From Utricularia gibba (Eukaryota; Plantae; Magnoliophyta), in assembly GCA_002189035.1 (NCBI GenBank), contig CM007990.1:3100001-3164000 (forward strand): a stretch of DNA of 64,000 nucleotides, in the 5' to 3' direction. Below the pieces are notes generated by a model. The model saw nothing but the letters and a program-made list of their open reading frames with translations, had not been told where the DNA came from and ran no database searches. The first letter of the stretch is position 1. Every line of letters starts with the position of its first letter. The translations under genes were made by a program, and so were the position numbers. Shown piece by piece: positions 38,811-51,105 of the stretch.

Positions 38811-39925
38811 CTACATAAGCGACCCAACCATGTATACCTAATCTATTTGTGTAGTATACATGCATGTACTTTGCCTCAACCCTAAGTTTTCTCTTGGGTC
38901 ACTAGAAGCACAGTCAACCAAGCTCTAGAACCCCGTTGGTGAAATCGATATACTTATCTATTTTAGTTTCCAAAATAGATAAGATTGAGAAATATCGGTT
39001 TAATAGATGGTGTTTAATTTTATATGTTAAATTTTAGAAAACAATATATTTGGTATGTTTAATTTTTCATATTTTACCAGATACAGTATTTTAATTTAAA
39101 AAATAACTTAATTTATAATAGTTTGTAAAATATCATAATAAATCATAATTAAAATTAATATAATTTGTGAGTTAAATGAATGAAATAAATGATTAAAATG
39201 AAAAAATCATGGGAAATTGAAAATGTATATGACAAAATTAATTTTTAAAACAAATATTTACAAGTCATAAAAAACAAATGAATTATTTTTTTTATATTTG
39301 TGTTAAATTTAAATAAATAGTTTTTATATAATCTTTTTTAAATTTAATGAACCAATCACACTTACCCCGAATAACCAAATTCTCCCTTGGAGCGTCTGCT
39401 GCATTCGCATAATCCACCAACATTCACAAGAATGGAGAACGCATCTAGGGTTCAACCTCCGCTTGAAATTTTGTAAATCCTTTTAATGATAACAAATTTG
39501 ATTTGCACCGTATTGCCTTCAAGTGGTCATTCACACCTTTCGCAGGTTTATGATATTACATTGCTCTACGATGAACTACAAACAAGAATAGATTTACCAT
39601 GAAACACTCAGGGTGTAGTCTGTGCAACTTATTCAATAACTTTTACTTAATTCATAAGTAGAAGTTATTGTGCAAGTAGATACACAATAAGTAGAAGTAG
39701 TCTATTTGAAATTATTAATAAGTAGAAGTTAGTAATAAGTAGAAGTTAAATTGTAGAAGTAGACTTTATATAAGTAGTAGTAATATCTTAAATTACCTAT
39801 ATACCCTTGATTATTATAATATTTTATTATGTTATATTAATACATGTTCATTGTAAATAATCTTGAAAAGAAATTATCAAAGCATAGTGCATAAAATTGA
39901 AAAGGTGAAAAATAAAAGCATCACA

Positions 39926-41208
39926 TTACATTCCTCCTCGATAAGTGGCCCATAACTGATTTGCAATAGAATCATGAAGAGTATCCATAGACTGGTCAGA
40001 TTCATGATTTTCACTTTCATCATCTTCTTCTAACTCACTATTATTAGACATATCACTACTTGCACCTTCATATTCCAAGAGACGAGCGCCATCATCTTCA
40101 GCATTCACATGACGTAGCCAATTGTGTATAGTCATTGTAGCTACTACTAATCTCACTTGGTGCTTAAATTTCATATTTGTTGGTACATCATTCACCATAT
40201 GAAATCTTTTCTTCCATACTCCAAATGATCTCTCGATTACATTTCGAAGTGAAGAATGTCTGTGATTGAAGTATTCTCGTGAATTTTTGTGTCCTCTAGT
40301 TGTTCTATGTTGAAAATCCGGTAGGTGATATCGCTCACAACGATAAGGTGTCATAAATCCAGTGGTGTTGGCAAATCCAGCATCTACCACATAGTACTTA
40401 CCTGGGGGTATTGTCGGAAAGCGGAGACATTCCTCATTAATGCAATCTCTAAGAATTCTACTGTCATGAGTAATTCCTTCATAGCCAGCTATAACATAAG
40501 TGAAACGCATATCAAAATCACAAACAGCAAGTATGTTTTGGGTAGGATAACCCTTACGTCCAATGTATCCCACCCTTTCAGCTTCAGGAACACATGCTTT
40601 GATATGAGTTCTATCTATGGCACCAATACAGTTACTAAAGTAAGAATACCTGGCATTATTTATGAAAAAAAGATGAATCTGTGTGTTACTATGTTTCGGT
40701 GTAATCCACTCCACTGCCATCCGATTAACTGCTTTCAAGACATTATAGAAAGCACTATGAATATATCTCTCCCACGACCAAAGAATTCTTGTAAACTAGA
40801 GTAACCTTCTCCTTTGCCCACCCTTCTCAAGAAAATAGCGACCTCTTCTTCTACAGGCAAAAATTTCCTTTTGGATAGCCCATAATTATCCACAAGCATC
40901 TCACAAAATCGTAAGAACACATGGCTATGCATTCGCAACTCATTATATGCACGAGCGTCGTGGCCATTCAACATTGATAGCAATAAAGACCATCCACTAG
41001 TTTCTCGATCATACATTGGTTGCTTCACAAGGAAGTGCTCGTGATAATCTCTAAGAAGCTTTAATTGAGCCATTTGAACGTTGATGAACTCTGCACGTTG
41101 TCGAGCTTCCTTGCTTTCCTCATCATCGTTAGAAGAATCATGAAACGATGCATTGTTAAAGAAAGAAACCATTGAAAGCAAAGAGATGCAAGTACTCTCA
41201 ATCTCCAT
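39926..41208 (-). pseudogene. Harbinger DDE transposase (HARBI1/DDE_Tnp_4-like), frameshifted
   Basis: Motifs ELRMHSHVFLRFC, CIGAIDRTHI, KYYVVDAGF, FNHRHSSLRNVIERSFGVWKKRF. A frameshift near 40765-40770 separates ORF 41208-40735 from ORF 40738-39926. The canonical DGTH reads DRTH. Confidence 0.9.
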
Positions 41209-41632
41209 GTGTGATTATATAACAAAAAAATTTGTTTTCTGAAATCTCTATGTGTGCTAGTTAGAATCCCAATGTTTTCATCAATCCCGAGACATAAATT
41301 GTTGAAATGTCATTGGAGGAGCACATTGACAATGACTCTGTGTTTTCTCAAATCTCTATGTGTGCTAGTTCGAATCCCAATGTTTTCATCAATCCCGAGA
41401 CAAGGCAGTTTACCCACCTATTCAGGACAAAAGCAGTGAATAGTAGTATTCACATATGAGTATTTTTTTACAGAGATATTCATTAATACACAAACAAAAC
41501 ATACTTAAAAATTATAATTGTAAATTCTTATGAATTAAATATACAAAAACGAATTATTGATGTTTTACTTATTTAAATTATATTAGTTGATTTAAATAAA
41601 AATTATAATTAAACACAATTAACCCAGCAACT

Positions 41633-41962
41633 CACACGGACGTGGGCTATATAACCCACGTCCGTGTGGATAGCATGACAAGGCACACGCCCGTGGGTTA
41701 ACATAACCCACGTCCGTGTACTCAACATGAAAAGGCAGCATGACAAGGCATAGGGACGTGGGTTATGTAACCCACGTCCGTGTACTCAACATGAAAAGGC
41801 AACATGACAAGGCCTACGGACGTGGGTTCTGCAGCGCTCGATCCTTATCGCATGTAAGGATCGAGCGCCATTTATGATTTAGGCCACACAGCGTGGTTTA
41901 TGTATCCTAAACCCTAAACCACGCCTGTGTAGCCTTGTGGTTCTGCAACGCTCGATCCTTAC
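41633..41962. repeat. Array of GC-rich palindromic hairpins between ORF1 and the transposase
   Basis: Three hairpins with a GGACGTGGG(TTA)-loop-(TAA)CCCACGTCC core plus a fourth half-site, separated by near-identical spacers. These are followed by GCGCTCGATCCTTA-7nt-TAAGGATCGAGCGC (14-bp perfect stem) and a further hairpin containing AAACCCTAAA (41909-41918). Confidence 0.9.
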
Positions 41963-42196
41963 AATTTTGAGGAAAATGTATCCTCCAAATGTATATCATA
42001 CAACTTTAAATGTGATGCATTTTAGAAGCAACTTTTGGCAAATGTCATACAACAAAAATATGATTTTCCCTTAAAAATAACATACAGCGTTGATGTTGAT
42101 GATGTTGGAGGATCCCCTAATATGCATAAAAAACCAATTGTTAATAATTTAAATAATATATCCTAATTAAATAACAATGTAAATACCTTTGCGTTT

Positions 42197-43368
42197 TTAT
42201 GGGGATGTAGCATCAGATCTTGAAGCAGATAAACTGATATTCCCACTACTACATGTACGAAGTGAATCCAAAATCTCGCCCTCAATGTAATCTTTTCGAA
42301 TATATGGATCCTTCAAAGACATAAAGATCTCTCAATTTTGGCGATTCTTGAACAGTTTCAAGGCATGCAAATAAGTTTGCCCTCCTTTGACAATAGTATC
42401 TGTGACATCTAACATCTCAATGCATTTTCCAATAGAGTATTTTAAAGACTCTAAGCTCTCCAACTCCACTTTTGCTGAAGGTGCAGCCATTATCTCAGAT
42501 GATTCAGCAATTCGATTGCTATTGCTCACTTTAGCAATCCTTCTACGTTTTGGCTGAACAGCTTGTTTGCTACTTTGACTAGATATGTTCTCTTCAGAGT
42601 ACAAAGCTGATATTTCAGGTGGAGTATATTGTGTGCCATATGAATATCCAAAATCTTCTACCTCTAACAATGTATCTCAAGTAGATAATAAAGGATCAAC
42701 ATCATCATCACAATCATCATTAGAAATCTCAATATCAAGAGTAGGAATGTATTTTCTTTGTCCATAACCAATTACCGGATCAAAAATTTGAGCTAACAAA
42801 TCAGAGAATATAGGTGTTCTATTCTCAAACTTGCTATATTGGTTGTTCTCCTATATAAAATAAAACATAACAAACAATAATTAAAAATAATTTAGCATAA
42901 ATTCTAATGAAGAAATTTCATTACCACAATGAATAAAGAGATATATTCTACCAAAAAATGATTTCTAATTACAAAAAATAATAAATATTCAATTCACATA
43001 ACAAAAAATGGTTGTAAGTCATAACTTACAGCTAAACGATCAGTCCACCAGTGAGGATCCATATTTATTGTTCCATTTGGGTGAAATCCAATACCCGATC
43101 TATCGATTAACCGCTTCCAAAGATTCCATTCACCTCGAAGCTCATTATGCTTATTCTTGATACACTTCAAGTTGTAAGTGGTATGAGCTTTTTCATTGAC
43201 AGCGTTCATAATATTCTCCCATCCTTTTGGTCTAAAAGTGATAGTGGGTCGGTTGCCTTTAGCAATTTCAGTGATCATGGCTTCCAGTAATATATGTGTC
43301 CTATTTGTATCCCAAGTAGCAGTTTTTCCAATTTTCTTTGTTGGTATCTTACTTCGGTTGTCTTCCAT
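42197..43368 (-). pseudogene. Harbinger ORF1, Myb/SANT-like DNA-binding protein, with two premature stops
   Basis: Exon 1 43368-43030 (TATWDTNRTHILLEAM...W..I...YNLKCIKNKHNELRGEWNLWKRL..SGIGF), GTAAGT donor at 43029, exon 2 from 42850. In-frame TGA at 42679-42677 and 42334-42332; likely native stop TAA at 42199-42197. Confidence 0.85.
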
Positions 43369-43744
43369 TTGTAGTACCTAAACATGAGAAGCATACAATG
43401 GAATTAAAAAGAGAAAAAATAACAAAATGAAGAATGATACATATTTATTTGCTATCATATTGAGATATGTAAAATAATGAACTAAATAATCCTCCAGAAT
43501 ACTAACACAATGCATGAGTAGACATGAATGAAGTGTATAGAACAATAATATCATCAAATTAAATGGAATATCATTAACAATATCATATAAGAACAAGATA
43601 TGAATATTACAACAAAATACAATAAAATGAAAATAATAATATCTTCAAATTAAATGACCCTAATAACAAGATGAGTATTTTAATTTAGGCTTCCAATATC
43701 TAAACCACCCTTATTCCCCTTCTCCCAAATAATTCCTGCTACAC

Positions 43745-44030
43745 CATCTTCCCCAAAACCCCAAATACACCGTGCTTCAACCAACACCTTCTCCAAAGCC
43801 CCAAATGCATCTTGGTGAACCCACCGTCTTCCCCAAGCCCCAAGTCCACCTTGTTACATCCATCACCTTCCCAAGCCCCAAATGCATCTGCTGCACCCAC
43901 CAACTTCCCCAACTCCCAAATACACCCTGTTGCACCCACCGCCTTCCCCCAAACCCCAAATGCACCCTGCACCCTTCTTCCTCCCCAAGCCCCAAATGCA
44001 CTTGCTGCACCGTCTTCCCCCAAAAAAGTA
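43745..44030. repeat. Minisatellite, about seven degenerate 37-41-bp units, C-rich on + and G-rich on -
   Basis: Unit approximately cttccccaagccccaaatgcaccttgctgcacccacc; lies upstream of Harbinger ORF1. Confidence 0.85.
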
Positions 44031-45629
44031 ATATTCTTTAATTCCCCACCACTCCCTTCCCAAATGCAGTTGCTGAATTTCCGGTAGGCGAGGGTGATGC
44101 TGCTGGGTATACCCACGTTTCAAGCCTCCTGTGCCACCGATTCATTTCTGGACCCTTCCTGACCTGTTTAGATCCAAGCTTTGGTTAGGGATTCATGTGA
44201 AACACATACCTTCAGCCTAATGCGAAAATCAGAAGAATGAGCAAAATGAAAGAAAAGCCATGAAAAAGTAAGAGGGTTGGAGGGCAAAAAAGGAATACAA
44301 ATATTTTCAACAACTTATTGAGTGAAAGTTACATTTTAGCAACTTGTGTAATAAGTTGCTGAAATAGTGTAAATTGAAATAAGTAGAAAATAAGTAGAAA
44401 TAGAAGTAGAAGTTAAGTTTTTGAACAAGTAGATGTGGTCTATAAAATACTTACTTTTACTTCTACTTTAAATTATAAGTTACAAAATAAGTTGCACAGA
44501 CTACACCCTTAAAGTACTTCATATCTTTGAAGATTTCATTGCCTCATGTCATATAGCATATAACCAACTCGTTCATCTCCATATACCGGACATACTCTAA
44601 AGGAATTTCCTGATTTTAAGTAGTACAACGTTCGTTAATAGTTTCATTTTTATGTCAACCAAAGTTTAGAGCATTATCATTCCCTCAAAATCTCAAATAT
44701 AAGGGATGTCTAGCAACTAGGCTACACAAAGGCAATTTGGTTATCATTTTCACGAGGTTGTACTCTGAGAGGAAAACTCAATCTAGTGATCATTGTAATG
44801 AGGTTGTTCCCAAAGAGCAACTCAATGGGACTTGATGTAAAACCTTGTAGCCCCTTCATTCCAGTAACCAATTTGGGGTCTCATATCCGCTCATTGGGTG
44901 TTCGCGTGGTAGCGACCCGATGCTAGCCTTTTGACCAACAATGATTATTTTAATATTAATATCCTAAGTATTTTTGCAGTCTTTTCTCTTATAATTGTAC
45001 CATTTTAGATTTCAAAATGCCATTTCAACCGACTCGCCTCTATTGCTACCTTTCCTTTTAAAAGGGGAATTTTTGCAGTCTTTTCTCTTTTCATCTTTCT
45101 AGAATCCCTATGAAATTGAACTTTCTCACACAGTTCTCTTCCGCCCTCAAATTCATCCTCAAGGTTTGGTCGAAAATCCTTGGTTTATATCACATTGAGG
45201 AACAAAATGATTTTAGTTTTTATACCCTCCATCATACTTCATATCTTGCATGTTAAAAATTATGATTAAAAAACATTTTGATTATAGAGGTGAGATTGTT
45301 AAAATTTTATATATTTTTTTTATATTCATAAGTTTTGACATTAAATTTTTTGATTGTAGGAGAACAATCATTTTAGTTAATAAATTTTTTTATTTGATTA
45401 ATTATTTTTTTTATTAATTTTTCATAGCTTTTTTATTGCATATATGATACTTATAAATTTATTTTTAATTTTTTTATACATTGACGTAAGATTTTTTTTA
45501 TGAATAATATGTTTTTATTATTTTTTATTATTGACTAATATATTTAATTTATTAATTTATTATACTATTTTTTATTAAATATGTAATGTTTTTTTTTGTA
45601 GATTGACGTGTCCTTACGTTTAAGAGTTC

Positions 45630-47090
45630 ATGGTCCTGGGGATTCAAACCTGTTGTATATGCAATAGCAACACATTACTTATGATCTGTTATAGAGATCA
45701 TACCATAAAACGATGCAATTCTTGGCAGGTAGATCATGGGAGGAGAGAACTGCGAGATATCTCGATGATTGTGATTTTTATGGGGTTCTTAAGATATTAC
45801 GAATGGAACTAGTCTCAAATCTACTCATAGCTCTAGTAGAGAAATAGTGTCCAAAGACGCACACCATCTTCTTACCATGTGGAGAGACCACAATCACTCT
45901 CCAAGATGTTTCTATGCTGTGGGGTCTTCGTATTGATGGTATACCGATGGTTCACACTCGTACAAAACGTACAACACAGCAATGGCATGAACTATGTATC
46001 GAACAGTTTGGATGGGAGCCCAAAGTGATATTCATTGTTGGTGATTCATGGTTCATTATGACTCGCCTTCATACATATATTGATGATACATACGTTGCTA
46101 TCACAGTGGAGACTCATGTGGAGGGAGTTGTACGTTTTGCTCGTACGGTTATACTATTAGTCTGTTGTGGAGTTTTTTTCCAAGATGCCACTGGTAATCG
46201 TGTCAAGTTAAATGTCCTTGATTGGATGGCAGATGAAGATCGCTGGATGGCCACTAGTTGGGGGACAGGTGTTCTAGCGAATTCGTATCGTGAGCTTGAT
46301 TTATGTGCACTTAGGTGCATTACAATGGGTGGTGCCCATCGTCTTCTTCAGGTTTCATTTCTCGCTTTCTCTACTAGTATTATATACGTTAAAATTTATC
46401 ATAATATAATGTTTTTTATGTAGGTGTGGGCATATACTCGGATCTCATCTTTATGTCTACACTAAAGTGTCATTTCCTGCACGATGTATATTGAGAGGGC
46501 GAGGGGTTTAAACCGTCTATGTATGGTTGGAGGTCCGAAGGTTGGCTCAACCACTCAAATGTGGTCTCCCACAAGTTAGAGCCAATGTGGGACACACTTG
46601 ATTTGGTTTGTAGGGATGACGAGGTATATTGTTATCATATAAATTTATTTTTCGTTGAACCCTACATATTGTCAGGATACACATTTTATTATTTTTTGGA
46701 CAGTTTGAGTGGACTCCTTACGAGGATATACATTTAATGTGTGTTCCGGAATGCGATTTTATGCTTTGGCAGTATGCTGGTCCGATGATAAATGCATCTC
46801 AGGTGGAGCCCCGACTATTCACGGAACGTGAGAAGCAGATGATATTGCCCTGACTGAGTTTATCACCAATTTGGATGTGGCCGTGTTATTCTACTCCCTC
46901 TAGATCAATATCCTGCAGAACATAAGTTCACCAGAGATTGCTATGATACTGATTGGATGTTGGAGCATGCTGCCCTTATAGCTTTGTAGGCATCTAGGCA
47001 CACTCACATTCTCCAGTTGCATAACATCCCCACAGTTTCTAAGGAGGCGTACGTGACTTGGTATAAGCTACATGCGTTGTTGTATCTTGG
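45630..47090 (+). pseudogene. Plant Mobile Domain (PMD, aminotransferase-like, MAIN/MAIL family) pseudogene, probably MULE-borne
   Basis: GPGDSNLLYMQ, LIALVEK*CPKTHTIFLPCGETTITLQDVSMLWGLRIDG, RFARTVILL..GVFFQDATGNRV, TSWGTGVLANSYREL, GGAHRLLQ|VWAY (intron 46351-46423) and terminal AYVTWYK. Contains stops and frameshifts. Confidence 0.85.
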
Positions 47091-47170
47091 AAGAAGATGA
47101 GAGAAGGGTGATGGATATTGAAGTGGAGATGCAAAGCCGATAGCTTATGTGGTAAAATAAACCTTTGTGC

Positions 47171-49062
47171 AAATATGAGTTAGATCGTGTAAACTGATTT
47201 CTGATATCTTGTTTGTTTTCAGGTCGTACAACTAGACAAATTTCGTGCCAGGGATGAAGAAGCAACCCGGGCATATGAGGGCCTTAGCTAGCAGCTTGGA
47301 TGGAGCCAATCGCTCATGGCACAGCACTCACAGATTTAGTCCCAACCTTCTAACAGTTTCCTTCGAGCAATGCAGCACAGGTCGCAACACAAATACCAAG
47401 AAGCCGAATATGAACAATATAGTGGCATAGAAGGTGGCAGAAGTCTGAAAAAGAGTACACACAAAGTCCAAAGAGGTGAAAAAGTGAGATTTTGGATAAA
47501 AATGGAGGGAAGATGAGAGAGAAGGCAGTTCTCCCCTTAGAGACTCACGAACAACTTTCTGGAGAGGGTTTTCTGGGGAAGAAGGATGAAGACGAACAGG
47601 AACTAAGCTCATGCTTGAAGATTATTTTCTGTTTTCCAAGGATTATTACTCCTAGCTAAGATTAGCTAGCGACGTTTTCTAGTTTTTTGCCGAACATTTC
47701 AGTTTCCTGCTTGTTTATTTTCTAGTAGTCGACTGAGACATGAATGCATTGTGGATGATATTTTCTCGTCTATTTTCATTTGTCTTAAGCATTAGTGGCT
47801 AAGCACTTAGGGGGGTGCCTCGAGGTGAAAGGGGGAGAATCATGCTAATCCATCCTTAAACCTAATAAACCATAAGTCACACCACTTCCTTAACAAACTA
47901 GGATAGATCCAGAAGGGGGAAGTAGTGAAATCCAACTTAACAACTCTAATTAGAGGTAGACCAAATATTAGGGGGAAAAACAAGAGTCCGGATAGACCTA
48001 GACGTTGTGAGTTAGTTGTCTGATTTGTGATTTGTATGAACTTGTTTAGTGATGAGCATACATCCCTTAGGAGTCCCAAGGCATCACTCATTCCATTCTA
48101 GAAACAACCGAGCTCCAGAACTTATTATTTTTCTTTACTGTATTTCGTTTTAATTCTGCCTTAGTCCAAGCTAACACCAATTTTACCAACGTGACACTGA
48201 TTTCATGCATTAACTTTCATATAGCAAACACCTGCTCTTCATACTCGACGCTAATCACTATGCTCATAATTTTTTTATGCTAGAATGTGTATTAGGTTAT
48301 AAATTTATTTGATAGAAAGATTTACATTTACGACGTGTGAATTTTTCGTTTATCATATCTCAAAGAGCCGATCTTGCAAGGAATGGAGAATTTCAATGTG
48401 CTTAATTGATGGTCGGTAAGTGGCAATTTGACTTATTCTACATTAAGGAAAATGGCAAGTGATATTTTAGCTATTCCTATTTCTATGGTAGCATCTGAAT
48501 CCGCTTTTAGTATTGGTGGAAAAATTGTTACCGCTCTTCGTAGTAGGCTGAAGGAAGATATTCTAGAAGCACTAATATGCATTAGATATTGGAAACGGAA
48601 TGAAATCAAGGGTAAGCTTGAAGCATAATTTATTGTCACTATTTGATAATATTTTCTGATTGTTTAATTTGATCTTATTTTATTTTTTTGTGATCCCGAT
48701 ATGGAACAAATCTCATTGCTTGAAGACAGACTTATTGAGGATGAGAACATTCATGATAGCTTATCTACCACTGAAGTGTGAAGTTCGGTTTTTTGAACTC
48801 GAATCAGGCTTTAATTTATATGAATATTTTTCTTAGTGTTTGTCAACTTTCTGTGCCTTTTAATGCATTGTTCTTCTATTATTTTTTGGAAAAGCCGGAA
48901 CCGGTAAGGACCTAAAACCGACCCAAAACCGATAAAGAACCATGGTTTTGGGTCTATCGATTCTTAATTGGGTCTGGGTCGGTTTTGGGTCTTTGTCTTT
49001 ATAGTCGGGTCGGTTTTCGGTTGGCATAGAACCGACCCAGAATCGACCCATGAACATCTCTA
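47171..49062 (+). mobile_element. 3' part of a hAT element (dimerisation domain and terminus), split by an LTR
   Basis: KYELDR (47171-47188) before the LTR, then YLKEPILQGMENFNVLN*W...YSTLRKMASDILAIPISMVASESAFSIGGK...RSRL..DILEALIC (48356-48628). Subterminal aaccga/ggtcgg repeats at 48890-49050 and terminus catgaacatctcta at 49062 (TAGAGATG-type TIR). Confidence 0.8.
47188..48355 (+). mobile_element. Ty3 (Athila-like) LTR, 5' end uncertain
   Basis: Internal blocks like families A/B (ggtgcctcgaggtgaaag, ttagaggtagaccaa, gatagaccta); ends tttacgacgtgtgaatttttcgtttatca. Confidence 0.65.
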
Positions 49063-49069
49063 ACCACTA

Positions 49070-49900
49070 CCTAGTGATGATGACCCTGCACAGGTCAACA
49101 TGGACTAAGCATACAAGGATTTTAATGTAGAGTTGTTTCAGCAGTATGTGGCATCAATGAGTAGACCATCAATAGGCGAGGCTCCTTCTTCCTATGTGCG
49201 AACACCAATGAGTAGACCATTAACATCGCATAATACTTATGCGCCAATAATACTTAAAATGCATGTTAGCACGAGCACATTTGCCCTCCTAGAATGTGCG
49301 CTGACTAATCGGAACGATGAATTCATATTCTCGTTTTATATGACAGTGGGCAACACAATATTGGAAATAAACTTTACTAGTAAATGCAATTACCTTATTC
49401 AACACATGTACCTTCTCATCATAGCGCCTATATTTGCCACCATATTTAAATTCCTTGGATACGAAAGTGTTTTTTGGATTGTTTTGGATAGAGGGTATTC
49501 CTCCCTCATGAAACACCCCAAAGAATCGTCGAGAGCAAGATCCAAACAATTGTACTGCACGAGGTGCCTCAATTCCGGTCTTTAGTGTTTCGTCCTCACA
49601 AACATTTGCTGGCAGGGCTTCAGAATCCTCACTCGAGTCGGTGTCTCCACCGTCATCCTCAAGGTCGGCCATATCTTAAAAAAAAATCAATGATAATAAT
49701 TTCATATATTAAGACTTAATCTCATTAAAATTACCTTTTATGGGGAATCCTTCAGCCACGTTCACATTTGAATTGTTATCATGGTTTAAAGACAATGATA
49801 ATTGAAGACTCGGAGATACACCTACAATACAATTAATTATTAAAAATATAAAAAAATGGATAGGTCTTAACATATGTAATATAGTTGACATTTGGCATAT
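49070..49900 (-). pseudogene. MuDR/Mutator-like transposase N-terminal remnant
   Basis: Acidic stretch followed by AFTSKVYFQYCVAHCHIKREYEFIVPISQ*..GKC...YW.I...HWC, resembling the MuDR N-terminal DNA-binding region; truncated at the hAT terminus. Confidence 0.6.
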
Positions 49901-51105
49901 TGGTGCAAGGGCATGAAGGAGTATACGAACTTTCCCTCATTGTAAGGCAAATCGGATGACATTCCCAAAAAAATCAAAAAAATCCCTAGTATATTTATCT
50001 ATTCTAAAATTGTAAAACAAATATATGTAATCAATTATTGCATAATTATTACAAAATTTCAAAAATTTAAATAAATAAAATTACAAAGGAAAAAAACGAT
50101 ATTATCAAAATCTTCTTCAACTCTGATTCCACTCAATTTTGAAAATGAATGAAAAAACTTGTGAAGATGTAAGATATATATAAAAGAAGAGGTATAAACT
50201 TAGTAGATTTAAAGGGCCATCACGTATGGCGTGGTATCTAAAGCGCCATCATTGATGACGCCACTCATTTTGCACAGCCAAGTTCCACTAATAACAGCAC
50301 ATAATATTATTAATATAATGTTTTTACTAACCAATATTATTTATATAAGTTTTTCTATGCATGATAGGCTTCATTTCTTATTATTTTTGTTTACTTAATT
50401 TTTTTTGACACTTTTAATCTGATATTTCCTCCAAACTCCAATTGCCTCAGGTAAAAAGTCATGTTGACAACATGGACGAGGCCATTGGGACCATTGAACG
50501 TAACATAGTTGCTATCAAAAAGTTCATTTTGATCATCTAAAGGTGTTCTTTCTCCCATCAATGCAACGAGGTGCTCATAGAGCGTGCCGATATTACTTGG
50601 GAGAATGTTAAATAACACATTCTTGGGTGATGCAATTGAGCCCCGATGAGTGACATTCTTTTTGCTTTCTTGATCATCCAACGGAAAGTAACATGAGATA
50701 GTTTTTATGCCTCATTTTATACTTTCTTACTTCTATAATTGTTCTTTTTCTCGAAGGATCAGAAAAAAATGGGTCCAGATCTCCTGCGGGAATGATTTGG
50801 AAGATCGAGATCCAAGATAAGATAAAGAATGTAATGGATTCTATTCCTAAAAACATTAATTATATTTAATGTTTATCGTTCAAGTTTTATTTACCATTTT
50901 TGCATCTTTCAACGTTTTTTTACACAACCTTTATTGTTTGTATCAGGTTTCAAATTCACCTTCCATAGTATATTAACCCCATGTGATCAATAAGCATACT
51001 ATATTTATTGTGTTTTACATTTTTCTTATTTAAAATATATTGAATAAACAACATGCAACATTTACTCCTTGAGATTTATACCCACACAAAGTCTAAATCT
51101 CCATT

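Larger units (their letters stand above)
39611..44508 (-). mobile_element. Full-length PIF/Harbinger DNA transposon (4898 bp), inactivated
   Basis: Perfect 23-bp TIR GGGTGTAGTCTGTGCAACTTATT at 39611-39633 and 44486-44508; 3-bp target TCA/TTA (a TTA TSD with one change); subterminal AAGTAG(AA) repeats at both ends; carries Myb/SANT ORF1 and a DDE transposase on the minus strand. Confidence 0.95.
39370..44900 (-). mobile_element. Very old Ty3 RT remnant (39370-39607 and 44512-44900) split by the Harbinger insertion
   Basis: Joining the flanks at the TTA target gives a minus-strand run resembling RT MNEIF..YLRKFVLVFFDDILVYS (gaaatcttcaaagat...attcttgtttgtagt). Weak and degenerate. Confidence 0.35.

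Noticed and set aside
40325-40804. 159-aa plus-strand ORF
   Set aside because: Antisense shadow of the Harbinger transposase.
41633-41830. CRISPR-like appearance (palindromic repeats at regular spacing)
   Set aside because: The spacers are near-identical rather than unique, there are no cas genes, the context is eukaryotic, and the array lies inside a Harbinger element.
43739-44123. Five overlapping ORFs on both strands
   Set aside because: A by-product of the low-complexity minisatellite, with no domain similarity.
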